This document shows positions 1 through 13,610 of a DNA stretch of 64,000 bases, piece by piece. The notes beneath the pieces are model-generated. The model did no database searches. It saw only the letters and a list, made by a program, of their open reading frames with translations, and was not told the origin of the DNA. The stretch comes from Trichoplax adhaerens (Eukaryota > Animalia > Placozoa): the NCBI RefSeq assembly GCF_000150275.1, contig NW_002060954.1:372001-436000 (forward strand), given 5' to 3'. Position numbers and translations under genes: made by a program. Positions within the stretch are counted from its first letter, which is position 1. Each line of letters opens with the position of its first letter.

Positions 1-498
1 ATGCTTCCTGCGGTCTAGACGTAAAAGTGACAAATTTTAAATTTTTTACAGCTTCCGAAAGTAACTAAGTGTTAAACTAGTAGTTTTCAAATTTTTTAAA
101 TTTCCTGGTTCTGAAATAATTATATATAATTAAACAGGAAATAGCAAGATCGTCATTAATTACCATTGTCCACAATAACAAATCTATAACCATAGAAGCT
201 TTACAAATCAATGTTTAAATGTCACAGTTGCTTACTGTTAATACTCGTATATCTAAACTGATGATTCTACAGTATTTCGGAGTACCTGTTACTGATGATT
301 AGGAATATGTTTACCGATGTCCTTTCGCTAGCTAATGAACCGCAATAATAGTACAGTACATGCAGAACTAATAAGCGGTACAGATACATCAAATTAGGGA
401 TACTCGAATAGTCTCTGAGTAAATAACTGAAATAGCTAAGACGATCACTTTTCCTTTTTTTAATTCTCGTGGATTTTTCCTTCGACGATAAAGATTTT

Positions 499-3400
499 TT
501 AACAGTCTTTGTAACGGCTGTAAATGGTTAATAAGTAAGTCATAACACATCGTTGATCAGGTCTAGGATACATAATAAGCATGTCTTCTACATCGAGTAA
601 TGGCGCAATACCAACCTTGCTATAATTGTGAAAATTGACGACATAACGTATAAACACAAAAGATAGGACATGTAATGCTAGAATAGAAGAAATAAAATCC
701 TACAGGTGATCTACATTATAAGCGGCGAATTACTTACTCGAATGCTTCGAATGCCAGGGTAAAGTTTTTCTCTTTCGTCGTAGTGTCGAGATCATCCATA
801 GGAATAGTGTCATGTCCTATTAAGTTATTTAGTAAGGCGCAAAACGCTAGACCATCAGCCCAACTACGACTTAAGTCCTTTACCATAATATCCTAATAAA
901 GGATACAATTTATAAAGATATTCAATATAAATATCTAAAACTAGTTTACTATTGGGAGATGCTTTGTGATATAAGCGTTGGTCAGCCGCCTTGCCATAAC
1001 TGTAAACACGGGTATACGTATACAAATGCTGTACGGTACAGATCGCATAATGTACATGGAAAACTACTTTACGTATTTGGCATCACTTACATACCTTGTA
1101 TTCATATCCTTTCGTATGCAGCTTGCACCACTGCAAAAGAATAGCGGAAACAGAACCTTCTGTCTTGGGAGTCTGCTTAGCGGCTGGTTTTGGAGCAGCT
1201 GTTGATCTGCATTTCCAAAATAGTTTATGAAAGAAAATGTGTATTATGGCTTTAAGACGATAACAATAGATTTCAACTTGATTATTAACTTATTAAAAAT
1301 TAAAAATTCAATTGATTCGAGTACTCAGTAGGCTTTTTCGCAGTTTCGGTTTTAGTTGCCTTTTTAAAGAGATCTTTTAATCCGCTCTTTTTTTGCTTCT
1401 TTTCAGGTTGTGAAGTTAATTTTGGTGCGGTAGTTACAAACGGTTTTGGTCTCTTAGACTTAGGATCATTCACAACATTTCGCCCAACCGGCTTTTTAAT
1501 CTCAAATTTTCTAATATAGCCTGCTGCAGGGACTACTGCCTTTCTCGTTTCGGCACCTTTATCGGATGTTGGAACCTTACAACTGCTGGTAATGAAGTCA
1601 TAGAAGGGTGAAGAATTTTAAGATACTATACTGTATGTTTTTCATGCTTTTAAATTGATACGTCTACGATTAGTAATTTAATTGTACTATTATGGAATAT
1701 TATTAAATGCTACGCAAATACTAACGCCTCCTTCATCGTGTCGTTCCCCTTATCTGGTCCAAGCGATGTTGACGGATTAGCATTTCTAGGAGTTCCAGTA
1801 GGGCTACTCGGAGTACTTGCCAAGTCTTTAACGTTCACGCTGTTTATCTCCTTTCTTTTATTATTATCTGACTCTTCCTTGAATGACGAAGATACGTTCT
1901 GAATTGGTTCTAAAACACTAATAGCTCTAATAGCTTTTGGCGAAGAAGGCTCTTCTGAAAATTGAATGAATGTCTCTCGTCGCTTATCCGGCGGTAAAGT
2001 TGTAGTAATATTTGGGCGAAATCGATACTGGTTCTTTTCCCGTCGTTGTACATTTTCATTATCAGGCTGATCGGAAGGTGCCTTTATTTTAGCTTTTGTC
2101 TTTTCTATTTGCTGCTGTTTCAGTACTTGATCATTGTCTGGCTGATTCCCTTGGTTCTTGATATTTTCTGTATTACAATTTACTAGTTTTCGGCTGCCAG
2201 AATATACATTATCAAGGCTATCATTCGAATTATCCATCGTATCAGCTTTAGTTTCATTATTACGTAATTGAACTATTAAGCTTTCTTCATTTCCACGATT
2301 ATTTCTCATTTCGGAGATAGTTTCCTTGTTAGTGCTCATTTCATTCGTATTGCTAGCGTCAGCGTGACTCCAGCTTTTTCCCTTATTATTCCTGGATTCC
2401 TGATCGACATAATCTTTCCTAAGATCATGACGATAAGATGATTGAGAGCTCAGAACGTGTTCTGTATAGCATTCTTTAACTGAAGATTCTTTCCGCAGTT
2501 GTTGATTGTAGGTTTTTTGCACTGTCGAATCGATCCGATCAGTGATTATTTTTCGCGGAAGCTCGTTCTTCAAACTTTCGCGAAATTTCCCTTGTACTCT
2601 TATTCCAGAACTGGTACTCTGATCTTCTCTACCATTCGATTCGTTACTTGCGAAGAACGATTTCTTAGCTGATTGTATTTGAATCAAATCACCCTTTTTA
2701 TCTTGAACGGCGGGTGAATCGTCTTTCGTGAATTTTTCGTATTTAGGTGAACCATTTTGATCAGAATTGACACTTTTAAACCGGCTAATTTTTTCGAACG
2801 GTGACTTGGATTGATTCTTTTTGTCTCCATCCTTATTAAACCTAGAACTAGTATTACTTTTATCGTCTTTTTTAATGCTACTACCAAAAAATGCTGCCCT
2901 GGCAGATTGACTTCTTGATTTAACGTTCTGCTTATGGCTGCTGTATTCATTATCTGTCTTGAATTTTGATTCATCATCATCTTTGCCGGATGTCTTTTCA
3001 TCTATGCTTGATCTGTCTTCTGAATGTTTTTCATGTCGGCTATTTATACGTAACATTACTTGGTTAGTCCTTTCTTTAAAAGTACTTTTGCAAGGATTTG
3101 AGTTTTCTTGATTTAAATCTTTTGAAAGAGTTCTTTTATCGCTTGATTTCGAGTTATTACCATTATCAATGGTTGCTAGAAATTGATTTCGCATCAACGC
3201 TACATTCGAATTAGTTGGAACTGATCCTGCGGTCTGTTTTAGGTCATTACGAACTTTTGAAATGGGATGGGAATCAGTACTTTCAATGAAATTCACCGCT
3301 TGCTGAAAAATCGAGTTTGGTTTCTTAAATCTGTTACTTTTAGAAATGGCATCCCTTTCAATCTGGCTTGATTGAGGTTCATTCAAATCAGTCGTTTGAG

Positions 3401-6400
3401 GATGTTTTAATTCGGCGTCAGTTGAACTATTCCTTACTGAGGCTGTCTTATTAATCAGAGATGGAGAAGCAAAATTACTTTCTTTCTGCTTAGAATCTGG
3501 ACCATCAGCAACAATACGATGCGAATTAGTTACGTTTTCAATTCCCTTATTTTCATCTAAATTACCCTTGACTTCTTCATTGATGGTACTTTGATCACCT
3601 GTCATTGATAATCTTTTAGCCGATGGTAGATCTTTAGAATTATTATCTTTGTTGCTTTCCACATTAATTTGCGGATTCTTTCCTTCCATAGTATCATCTA
3701 CCTTATCGGCTTGACTTACGCCTTTTAACTTATCGTGCTGAATTGCTAGGCCGACAGCAACGTCTTCCTTTATGTCAGATTTATAATCTGGTTTAGGAGT
3801 TACCGATTTTAAGCTAGATTTTAGGTTTGAAAACCGTTTTATTCCGTCACTAACTCTATCACTGGAGGTAATTGGCTTTTTATTATCGAAGGACTGCTTG
3901 GTTTGTTCATTCCTCTTTCGTAAAACACTACGAAAGTCCTTGATTTGATCTTGAGATGCCTGCGGTTTATCAGAATGAAATGTTTTTAGAGAAGATGGCA
4001 TGTCCTTTATTAATGTTTTGCCTTTACTAGTGATATCAGATGGATTTCCTTTGCCCTTTTTATAGCTACTAAGCGAAGGTAGTCGGGGTCGATCGTCGTC
4101 GGACTTATAATTATTGTTTTGTTCACACGACTTGTTTGTTTCTTGGTCGCGGTTATCTAGATTCTCGCTAGTGTGAAATAACTCATCCGACTTTGAATCT
4201 TCGTTCGGACCTTGAACGTCAGTTAATCTTTGTTTACTTTTCTCCGTTGTAAGTGAAAAAGTCCCTGAATTATCAGTTTCCTGCTGCATGTCTTGCGATA
4301 TGTTTTGTTTACTATCATCATCACTTCTGTCTTCGTAACTAGTTTTTATTATATAATTATATAAGGATATGAATTACATAAGTAGGTATTAGAGAATTGA
4401 AAAGCAGTAAATGCAGTGAGTTAATACAAAATTTTCCTACCGTATTAAACTTAAATAAATAAATAAAACTGCTTCTATGCGATTCACAAAGGTAGAATTA
4501 CAACACATTAATATAACTATTGGAGTAAAATATCCCTCACAATTCTGAATTTCGTAAGGCCATACTAATAAAAACTTTTTACGCTTAAGACTCGTAAAGT
4601 AATGTGTCTGATAAAAAGCATGATACAAGTAACGGGTTATACGGGTACTAAATTAAATATTCTTAACCTGGAATGGAAGTCATTTAACTAGATGGATGTA
4701 AAGGTTTAAATAAATACGCATACGGTTAAGTCGAGTCTGCAACGTCATAAATTTATGATGTCAGCGTTAAATGGTAATTAAGTATATAATCACTCGATTT
4801 TAAATACCATTACAAATAACTAATGAAGCTCATGCTAATAAAGGTTAGCTATCAAGTTGATTTAGCAGTATTACAGTATTTCCTACAAAGATATAGTATT
4901 TATAGCTACACCAGCGTTCTCCATCAGAAAATTAAATTTTAGGGCATTGATAATTATGTAGATTTCCCTCGATCCTACAATAATCAGTTCCATATATTGA
5001 ATGAGAAAGTTATTGTATGTATGTATGACATCTACCGAGGCACTATAGCGAATTTAGTCGCATTAGAATGCTAATGTAAAATTTCAATTATAAGCATATA
5101 AGTACAGTAGCTCCTGCTGCTTGCCACGACTGTATCGGAATAAATCTTTGTCGCATTGATTCCGTAGTTTCGCCAGCTTTATGATCTTAGAACGTTAGAC
5201 ACTAGTAGTTAAGATTTCAATAATACCTTTCCCAACTTTTAATCGGCTCAACCTTATTAATTTGTGGTCGGTACGGCTAAATTAAAATATCTGATAGCCC
5301 AATATGTACTATTCTATTCTTTATCCTCAGTCACTGGTCGTAATGGTTATGGCCTGCAGGAGCTCGTAACTGTAATTTTATTTTATTAATTAATTTGTCA
5401 TCATGCAATAACTACGTACCAACGTAATATAACGATGCGGTAGAATAGTTTTTAATTTGGCATGATATTTCTATATCGATACCACAATTTAATTGTTTTA
5501 ATAAATTTAATTTAAAAATTCCAGTCTTACTACAGCTATAGGTGTACAATGAGAATTTGATTGCATTTTTGTATTTATACTCGCGTAATTAATGAATGAG
5601 CAACTGTAGTTTGTGATTTATAACCCTTTTAATAATCAAAAATGTTATCAAAAGTCTATCGTCAAAATTCATTCATTAATTTAGCGTAAAGTGAGGGTAA
5701 TATTGACCTAATTTCTGCTCTCATAATAATCGTTTAGCGGAATCCGTTAACTGTAAAATGCGCTGGAAAATTACTATGCGAATAAACTGTACAGTATTCC
5801 GTGTATGTCTATCAAGTTACTATTTAGTGCACGGAATTAGAGCTTAAAGAATCAGTATTACATTATTATTTTGATCTAACAATTTCAAGACTACTAAGAT
5901 TAGGCACATTTGCAGATTTGTGGCAGTTACGTTATGTTGATATTTTTACCTTTCTCCATTATTTTTTTCCTTCTCGATATTATCAGCCTCTGAGCTCTTA
6001 ACGTGGGAGGATTCTTCGTTTAATCGTTCATCATGTAAAGCTCTTGTGTTGGATCCTTCTATCTTAATATCTAATATACTACTACTATCAGCAAACTTTT
6101 TGAGTTTGGCTTCATCATTAACAAAACTTTTAAGCTGGTTACCCATAAGTTCCTTCGAATTTCGATGGCTTTCCGTGATATTTTTTTTAGAATCTAATTT
6201 ACTTGGTTCTACTCCGACTTTAGGGTCATCCTGGATTAATTTCTTGGCTGCCATGCGATCAGTATTAAATTTGTCTCTTCTAACGTTAAAATCCGAGATC
6301 CTATTTGAATTTGTTTTTGCTCGAGAGCCTAAGTTTTGCACATCGTTGCTACTAATATCAGGGCTTTCGATAAATGCTTCACTTTTCGTTTCGGGTGAAG

Positions 6401-7608
6401 ATAATGAGCTTGTTGTTGTACTGCAATCTGAATCGCTTTTTTGTTTGATAATCTTATTGCGAGATAATATAGCCTCCATTGATGCTTTGTCATCCGCGGG
6501 AACTACAGTTGAGATTTCGTCAGGTACCTTTGTCTTTATAGGATTTTCATGAGCTTTATGACTTCCTGCTTTAGATATTGACGTGACAGATAGATCTTCT
6601 TTCTTCTTCATCTGTACCTCATTAATCTGTTCTATAGAATAAGTTAATTTATTCGTTGCTGCATGATGTAATCCAATGCTTACCTCTGCAGTAGTAGGAT
6701 GTTTATCTATCGTATTTTCTGACTCCGTACTATCGACATCGTTAGTTGACCGTATATTAACAGAAGTTTGAACTCTATCTTTGCTACTACGTAAGGCTGA
6801 GCGAAAATCATAAGAGGTGATCTTTTTGGCAGGTGTGGCTTTTTTCTCAAGTTGATATAGTTGATATCGGTTCTTAATATTAGAATCTGTAGATGTAACG
6901 TGTTTGAGTTCATTTTTTTTACTAACAAATGATTTAGTCGGATTTGCTAATGGAAATCGTTTAAGAACGGTGCTTGGATTTTGATTTTGTTTGTCAGTAT
7001 TAATTTCACTTATTTTCTGTCGAGTGTCCGTTGTTGAAGCTTCAGGTTCGACATTAATAGAACATTTTCCCTTCTTAATATCATCAGTATCTTCGGGAAA
7101 AGAATTTTCTAAGGTAGTCTGCCGTTGATTGTCACTGATATTGTTGCATTCATTTTCCTCCAATGACTTGTTCGACGTTGATATTTTCCCATCCTTACTT
7201 GATTGACTCTCAACTAATTTTGTGTCGTCTGATGTCGAGTTAATAATGGGTTTATCACTTGATGTATTTCTATTGCTCTGGCGGTTTATTTGACCATTCC
7301 TCGCTTTAAGAGCTCTGAGTACCACTCGTATCTTCCGTCTTACCACAAAATCTTTAGTATTATCAAGCTATTCCGACAACAAAACGAAAATCATTTTGAA
7401 TTTTGATAGTATTAAAATTCTGTACTAGATAAATTAGACGTTACTCTGTGCATAAGGAAAAACTTAGGAAAATCGTTATCACTCATTAATTGTAAATTAA
7501 TATTAACCTATATCGACGTAAACTTACTAGTTGCTGTAGTTCGTCTTCATTATCATAATCTTCTAAGGGTTTAACCTTAGGTACGTTTTCTGCCCTAAGT
7601 TCCACCAT
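499..7608 (-). CDS. SMTN: Smoothelin-like protein (~1585 aa): N-terminal smoothelin repeat, long S/K/N/D/E-rich low-complexity region, C-terminal calponin-homology (CH) domain
   Basis: Phase-consistent GT-AG exons: 7608-7528, 7367-5950, 4338-1726, 1582-1325, 1206-1095, 892-738, 619-499 (4758 nt). N-terminal LEDYDNEDELQQLLDNTKDFVVRRKIRVVLRALK resembles the smoothelin motif (E.L.+.LD...DF.ER+.IR.A+R.L). C-terminal ILLQWCKLHTKGYE...DLSRSWADGLAFCALL...NFTLAFEAF...IAPLLDVEDMLIMYPRPDQRCVMTYL is a smoothelin/MICAL-type CH domain. The model joins ORFs 5946-7346 and 1710-4289. Confidence 0.85.
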
Positions 7609-10600
7609 AGCTTACATTGCTGCTGGTTTTAAATACTATATAGTTAGATTTAAATCAGTTATAAGTTTAGTTTCTTAAATGAAGGCAATTATCCGCTATT
7701 AGAGTTGCAGATGAAATCAACAGTAGCCTACAGTAACTAAACCATAACAAATTGCGATCGAGAAAAAGAAAATTATTGATAAAACCTGCAAAAATCAAGT
7801 ATAGTAGATACGATAACTGTCGAGGTTTAATCTAGAAGTCTCTTACACGTAAAACTGTATAAATATGACATCCCAAAAGTATAATGCCGATCAACCATAT
7901 CAGCAGCGCCGAAATACGAAAGAATATCGCGTTTCAATAATTTTATACGATAGTTGATAACTCATTAAAGTACGGCACGCATTACAATATATTATTAGAT
8001 ACTACAATGGATATTCGTAAACTAAATTCAATCATTTCAGCTTAGTTCAAATAGTTAACTCTGATTGCTGCTTCTTTACCTGCATATTAGCCAGTCACTC
8101 TTGCAATATCAACCCCAATTTTAAAGAAAAATTAGCTGCGAAGCATATCTTAATTAAGCAGAGTTACAAAATTTAATAAATATTGAAAGGTATAACCAGA
8201 GTTTTTTAACAACGTTGGTATGATAATTATAGACGTAACGTACAGTACTCCTTCAAATAATTACTAGAGTATTTCTTTTCTCGCAAACTCGTCATCATTT
8301 TTTTATGTAACTAACTCGGTGAGCACTATACCATACACGTACAATGCTCACCTGGAATTATTCTATTAGTAACACTCTACACCTCTATGTAGCTATTCAA
8401 TGATTATTGTATAAATTAAGGATAGCCGCTGAATTTTAACGAATCTGTAGTAGTTGTATAAAAACTAAATTGTCCAGTATATAATATGACAAACTAACTC
8501 TTGACCGAATTAATTTATACACAGGTTTAGAAAGTATTTACGATCAAGAAACTATCTCTGGTAGTTCCACTATCAATGACATAGTTATAAACGAATTATT
8601 ACAATTTCGAAAATTTTAGGGTAAGCTATGAAAGTAAGGGTAAATAGAGAAAGGCTTTGCATAAGGAAATATATCCCTAGGTAACGCTATCTGATACAAA
8701 GGTTGCCGAATAATAGACGTACAATTAATGACAATAGCTCAGTAGGTAGTATCAAATCCCGGAAAGCTTTTGATTAACAATCGAATGCGGGATGGAGTTA
8801 CAGCCGAGATATGAAACTATTAATCTCGATGCAAGATGATGACGTCTAGCTATAAATGTATTTGAATTTTCATGTTTTCTTATATCATACTCCGAGCAAA
8901 CGATTAACTAAGGCAAAAAAGAACTAATTTGTTGCTTAATAGTAAACTTCCTTGACCCTTTATTAAGCAGATTCTAGAAAAGATTCTCTTTTTGTATCAT
9001 CTCTTCGTTCGATTATGTTATTAAGCTGGTAAAGCCCTCGTTTCGAAACACTACTAACTATAATTGTTTTTCTAAACAATTGATACCATAGCTCATCATT
9101 TTTTTCTAACGTATGTAACATAAGGCACGTAAATGAATGTTAATGTTATGGTGAAACCGCGCATTGACTTAATTTTAAAAGCTCAGTATTTCAATATTAA
9201 TAAGTAAAACGATCTTGGTACATTCTGCAATAACAGGATATCCTTAAATTTTTCTTAGTGGTGTATCGTACTGAGCCCATTACAGAGCAGTTTGACGTAC
9301 GAGTATATTTGATATGCTATAAACTGAACCATATAATACACGCGATATGATTAAACTGGAGTCAGCAAAGCAACTTCATCCAGTTTGCTTGCTTTGCTAA
9401 CCGCAGCATAACTAGTTTAGTGTTAAAAATGTACAATGTATATGCCTATTATGTATTAAAACGCCCAAATTGCATAATCTATGAATTTTAAACGATTATA
9501 AGTAGAAAAAGCCTAAAGATGACATGCTCGTAAATAAAGTTCTAAAAAATAAAGAAAGAGTATGGAGAACAAGTAATACTAAAATTAGAAGGTATTGTTA
9601 AATTTATTTTTCGAAGCAGATAGCCACCGATAGCATCGAAAATTCTTAATGTGAATAGCTACTGCAGATATAATATTCCTAACAAATCTCTTACCTCAAA
9701 TTTATAAGCAGTTATAAAAAATAATAATTGCCTTTAATGCTTGTTTATTTGCCAATTATAATTATTGGTCGCGTTCTAAAATAGTACTTGTAGTTTTTTT
9801 TTCGTAGAATCCTTAACCAAATTAGGAATATAGCTTCCAAGATAATTGTTCAACAATTCATGCTCAGATAATAACTATAAATCAAACTGCTGGCAAAGGA
9901 AAGTACCCATGAACATAAATAACACTCTAAAATTGATGATATTAGATATGATCTACTTCAAACGTCTGTAGTAACAGATGGAAGATTTGATTCAATTGAC
10001 CATTTAGCTTCATATGATAGCGTGCGGATCCGGACTAGGGATAGCGTCCTAAAAGGTGATATTGTAATTTCGTAAGTAACCGAAAAATAAGTTTTTTTTC
10101 ACTCTTTTATCACAGAATCAAATATTTTGGCGTTTGATAGCAAAGCAACCCTGTTATACTATACCGCATAAAAGCGTGATTGATGCATAATACAATGTAA
10201 ACTAGTACTATTTTAAATGCAACATGAACTTACTGTACGATATCATGTATTGTGCTGGACGGAATATCAACGACAGAGAATGGCAAATATAGGAGTTTCT
10301 TATTGAAGATAGTTTACCCGTGTAATGAGTGTGTATTACGGTTATTATAATATAATGTACTTTACGTATTTTACTAATAGATCAATGTTGGTTTATATGC
10401 TCAGCGATTATAGCCTACATTATTATCATTGCCGCATCGTTATATCTTCACCAGTAGCCATAAAAACTTAATTATATTTATACAATGATTTCATTCCTAC
10501 GCTATCACGGTATGTACACCCAATTATTTACTCATTTAATGTAAAGCCTTATATTGTTATTAAAATGATCAATCACATTGTGAATTATCATAAAAATACG

Positions 10601-13094
10601 TATAGTGACGTCAAACTAATCGAGGCTTCCTGCTTGACAGTTATTTTATCACCTCAACGGCGAATGTTATTGACTAATAGTTTCCTTGTAAGCTTTCAAG
10701 TCTACCGACAATCCAGCATAACATTCAGTTAAAACAGGAATAGTTCTATAATTCATTGTGATACTGTACTTATAGAAGTAGCTTATTTACACATTCCTAT
10801 TACTCATTACTGTTATTCAATAATTAATGATACATAGGACTACACGTATATTCTTACGTGTAGTATATTAACCTTAAACCGTTCAGGTTAAATGTTTATA
10901 ACCTGAATGTACCAAAAAGTTGTTTAAAATCTTGCTTTAGTTTAGCTTAGCCTTTGACAGAAGAGAAACAATCGGATTTACTACTATGGATGATATCTTT
11001 GTACTCTAAATCGTTCTGATTCTTCTTATTCATCGGATTTCTCTCGCACCGCAATGATATATTAGATTCAGTGCGGTGTTAAAGTTTAGTAGTATTAAAT
11101 CAAGACCTGCATAATTACTATTAACCAACATTTAACCAGAGTAATGTTAGATTTGCGATAGACTGACATTCAGAGTAGTAAGATAACGGTAATAATTTTT
11201 ATTTAGAGTCTAAATCTAGATCGGATTAATCCAATCCAATTTCGCCTTTTGAATATACTATCTCTCATATTCAGGCCACAGACGCTGCTCGTAGTTTGAG
11301 CCTTGTCACACAGTACAATGCGTCAAGTTTAATCGAACTGAACAGTGTAATATGCGATGCATTTAACTTATCACAAAGACGCGATTCTAGTTTTAGATAT
11401 AATTTATTTGCAGCAAGTAGAAGGTAATATATTAGAACATAAGACAGAGCGGTTACTTCCTTCTGAAAACTTTTATATATAACATGTGGGCTATCAGTAG
11501 AAGATTCGAAAGAATGATAGAATGAATCATGAATCTACAGAACGTTCTATTTATACTCGTATCATAACATCATATTTTAAAGAGATTCTATTCTGAGATA
11601 AGTTATCATTACATCTGATTGCATTACATAATGTAGTACACTACCGTGCTGTAACTGAGAGAATTTATGATATTTAATACACTGTCTTTATTTATTGTAC
11701 ACTATGTAACATAAGGGGTTTTGTATGTCTATGGAGATATAGCGGGTTGCTTACTAGCGAGATCAAGGAGATACACCTGAGATCTGGGCGGAAATGGTAG
11801 TCATACCGTAGATGCTACGGAATTTTATTGGCAAATTTTAGCTAGTAAACTGTCAGAATATTGTTTTATAATTATCGGCACATAGGCTGCAAATTGCTCA
11901 GTGATGACTCATACCAGATTAAATCTTTTACTCTAGGGGCTCCCCTAAATTTTTTATAATGTTATAGACCTCAGTATAGGTACTGTATGGGTAATACCCA
12001 TGTATCAAACATTATACGATTTACTTTAAACTAATTCAGTTATACTACATTACAGTGCTTAGTTCGAATTTACTGTCCAGTTTGCGTCTTCTATAGTTTG
12101 GATGAATAATTTTTATGAGCGAAACGAATTAGCAAAGAATAGAATAATAAGTGGAAAATACAAGCGCTGTATTACAATGACAATAGCAGTTTTAGATTAA
12201 AACATGATTGATGTAGAAAGGAAAGGAAATTTGAAGTAGTGATAACTTAATTTATCAAGTAGTCAACTGCAATTTATATGATACATTTTATCAACTGACT
12301 ACAGTTGGTGTTGAATGCTAGTGCAAGATGAAAGATGGTAAATTTCTACCAAAGACGAAACATAGAATAAAGCAATAGCATTTGTTCGCCATCGAACACT
12401 ATTACCTGATGGTATTTATTGTCTGAGATTATTTTATGCTGTAGGTGCTCTTTAATAACGATCCTTTTACTATTACATGCAGTAAACCTAAGCTATTACC
12501 ATCAGGGCAGAGGAGATTTTAAATTATGATACCTTTCTTTTTATTCGTTTTTCTGTTCATGTTTGAATATCATGGTACAGTAGTAATCATATCGCGAATA
12601 AAGCAATAAACTTATTATGTAATGCCGTTGGGTTCGCAATATACTGTACACAATAAGGAATTGAGAAAGTCTTATGATTAAGTGCGACATATATACACAA
12701 AAGTTAACTTAATATTATTATGGTGAATACTACTTTAACCGTATAATTAATAAGTTAGATTCAGCTGACAGCTTCAGTTTGTCTTAATATGCCACGAAAT
12801 GCCTGACTTACGTCTTAAAATGAAACCGTAACAGCTATTACGTGGTCTGTACTACCAGTTCCAATGTAGACCCTAGAAAAAATTTTACAATAATGTTCAG
12901 GCATTAAAGAGGACCGTAATTATTAACGATTACATTATGAGTTTACATTGAAATGAAATTAGATTATACATATTCATGCTTTATAGCTTCAGGGGCATTT
13001 AGATAGCAAAACTTCAACGAAAAATTCGGTATGTTGCGGTACTGTAACTTATAGATAGTATCGATTAATTATATATATTTGTTATTATATCAAT

Positions 13095-13340
13095 ATTATT
13101 CGCTATAATATCATAGCGAAGAAATGGTCATACGTTTTAGGGCTCTATAGTATTTACACGCTTCTATCGATGAATAAATAAAAGAAATGAGCTTCGCAGG
13201 AGACTAAAAATTTGATCGATTATTCGCTATATTATCATAGCAAAGGAACGCTAATACTTTTCATTACTTCGCAGTATTTACACTTTTTATCGATAAAAGG
13301 ATAACAGAAATGAACATGGCAAAAGACTAAAAATTAAATC
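13095..13340. repeat. Degenerate tandem duplication, 2 x ~124 bp, each unit starting with a TTCGCTAT-N6-ATAGC(G/A)AA hairpin
   Basis: Units begin attattcgctata at 13095 and 13219. They share agtatttacac, tatcgat, agaaatga and agactaaaaatt blocks in the same order. Confidence 0.85.
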
Positions 13341-13610
13341 ACCTGCATAACACAGTATCCACTATCCATATCATATGACATCATTCAACAAAATACGATG
13401 CTATCGCAAGTATACCAAAATTTCAGTAGTTACGGTTCATATTAAATTTATGAGATACGCGATCGAGCTATAATACTCGTATCATTTCATATATCAATCT
13501 TGATAAATTATTCAGTTACGAGTACAGTAAGTTTTCGAAGTTAGAGAATTCGATAATCAAATTATGCAAAGAAATCGTTTAGTCACAATGTTCTCCTTTG
13601 CATTTTGCTG

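Noticed and set aside
6046-6552. Antisense or alternate-frame ORFs (6046-6552, 2684-3001, 6707-6928, 13660-13863, 13969-14211, 37240-37524, 53338-53589, 54620-54802, 62513-62797)
   Set aside because: Shadows of real coding exons with biased composition; no independent splice or homology support.
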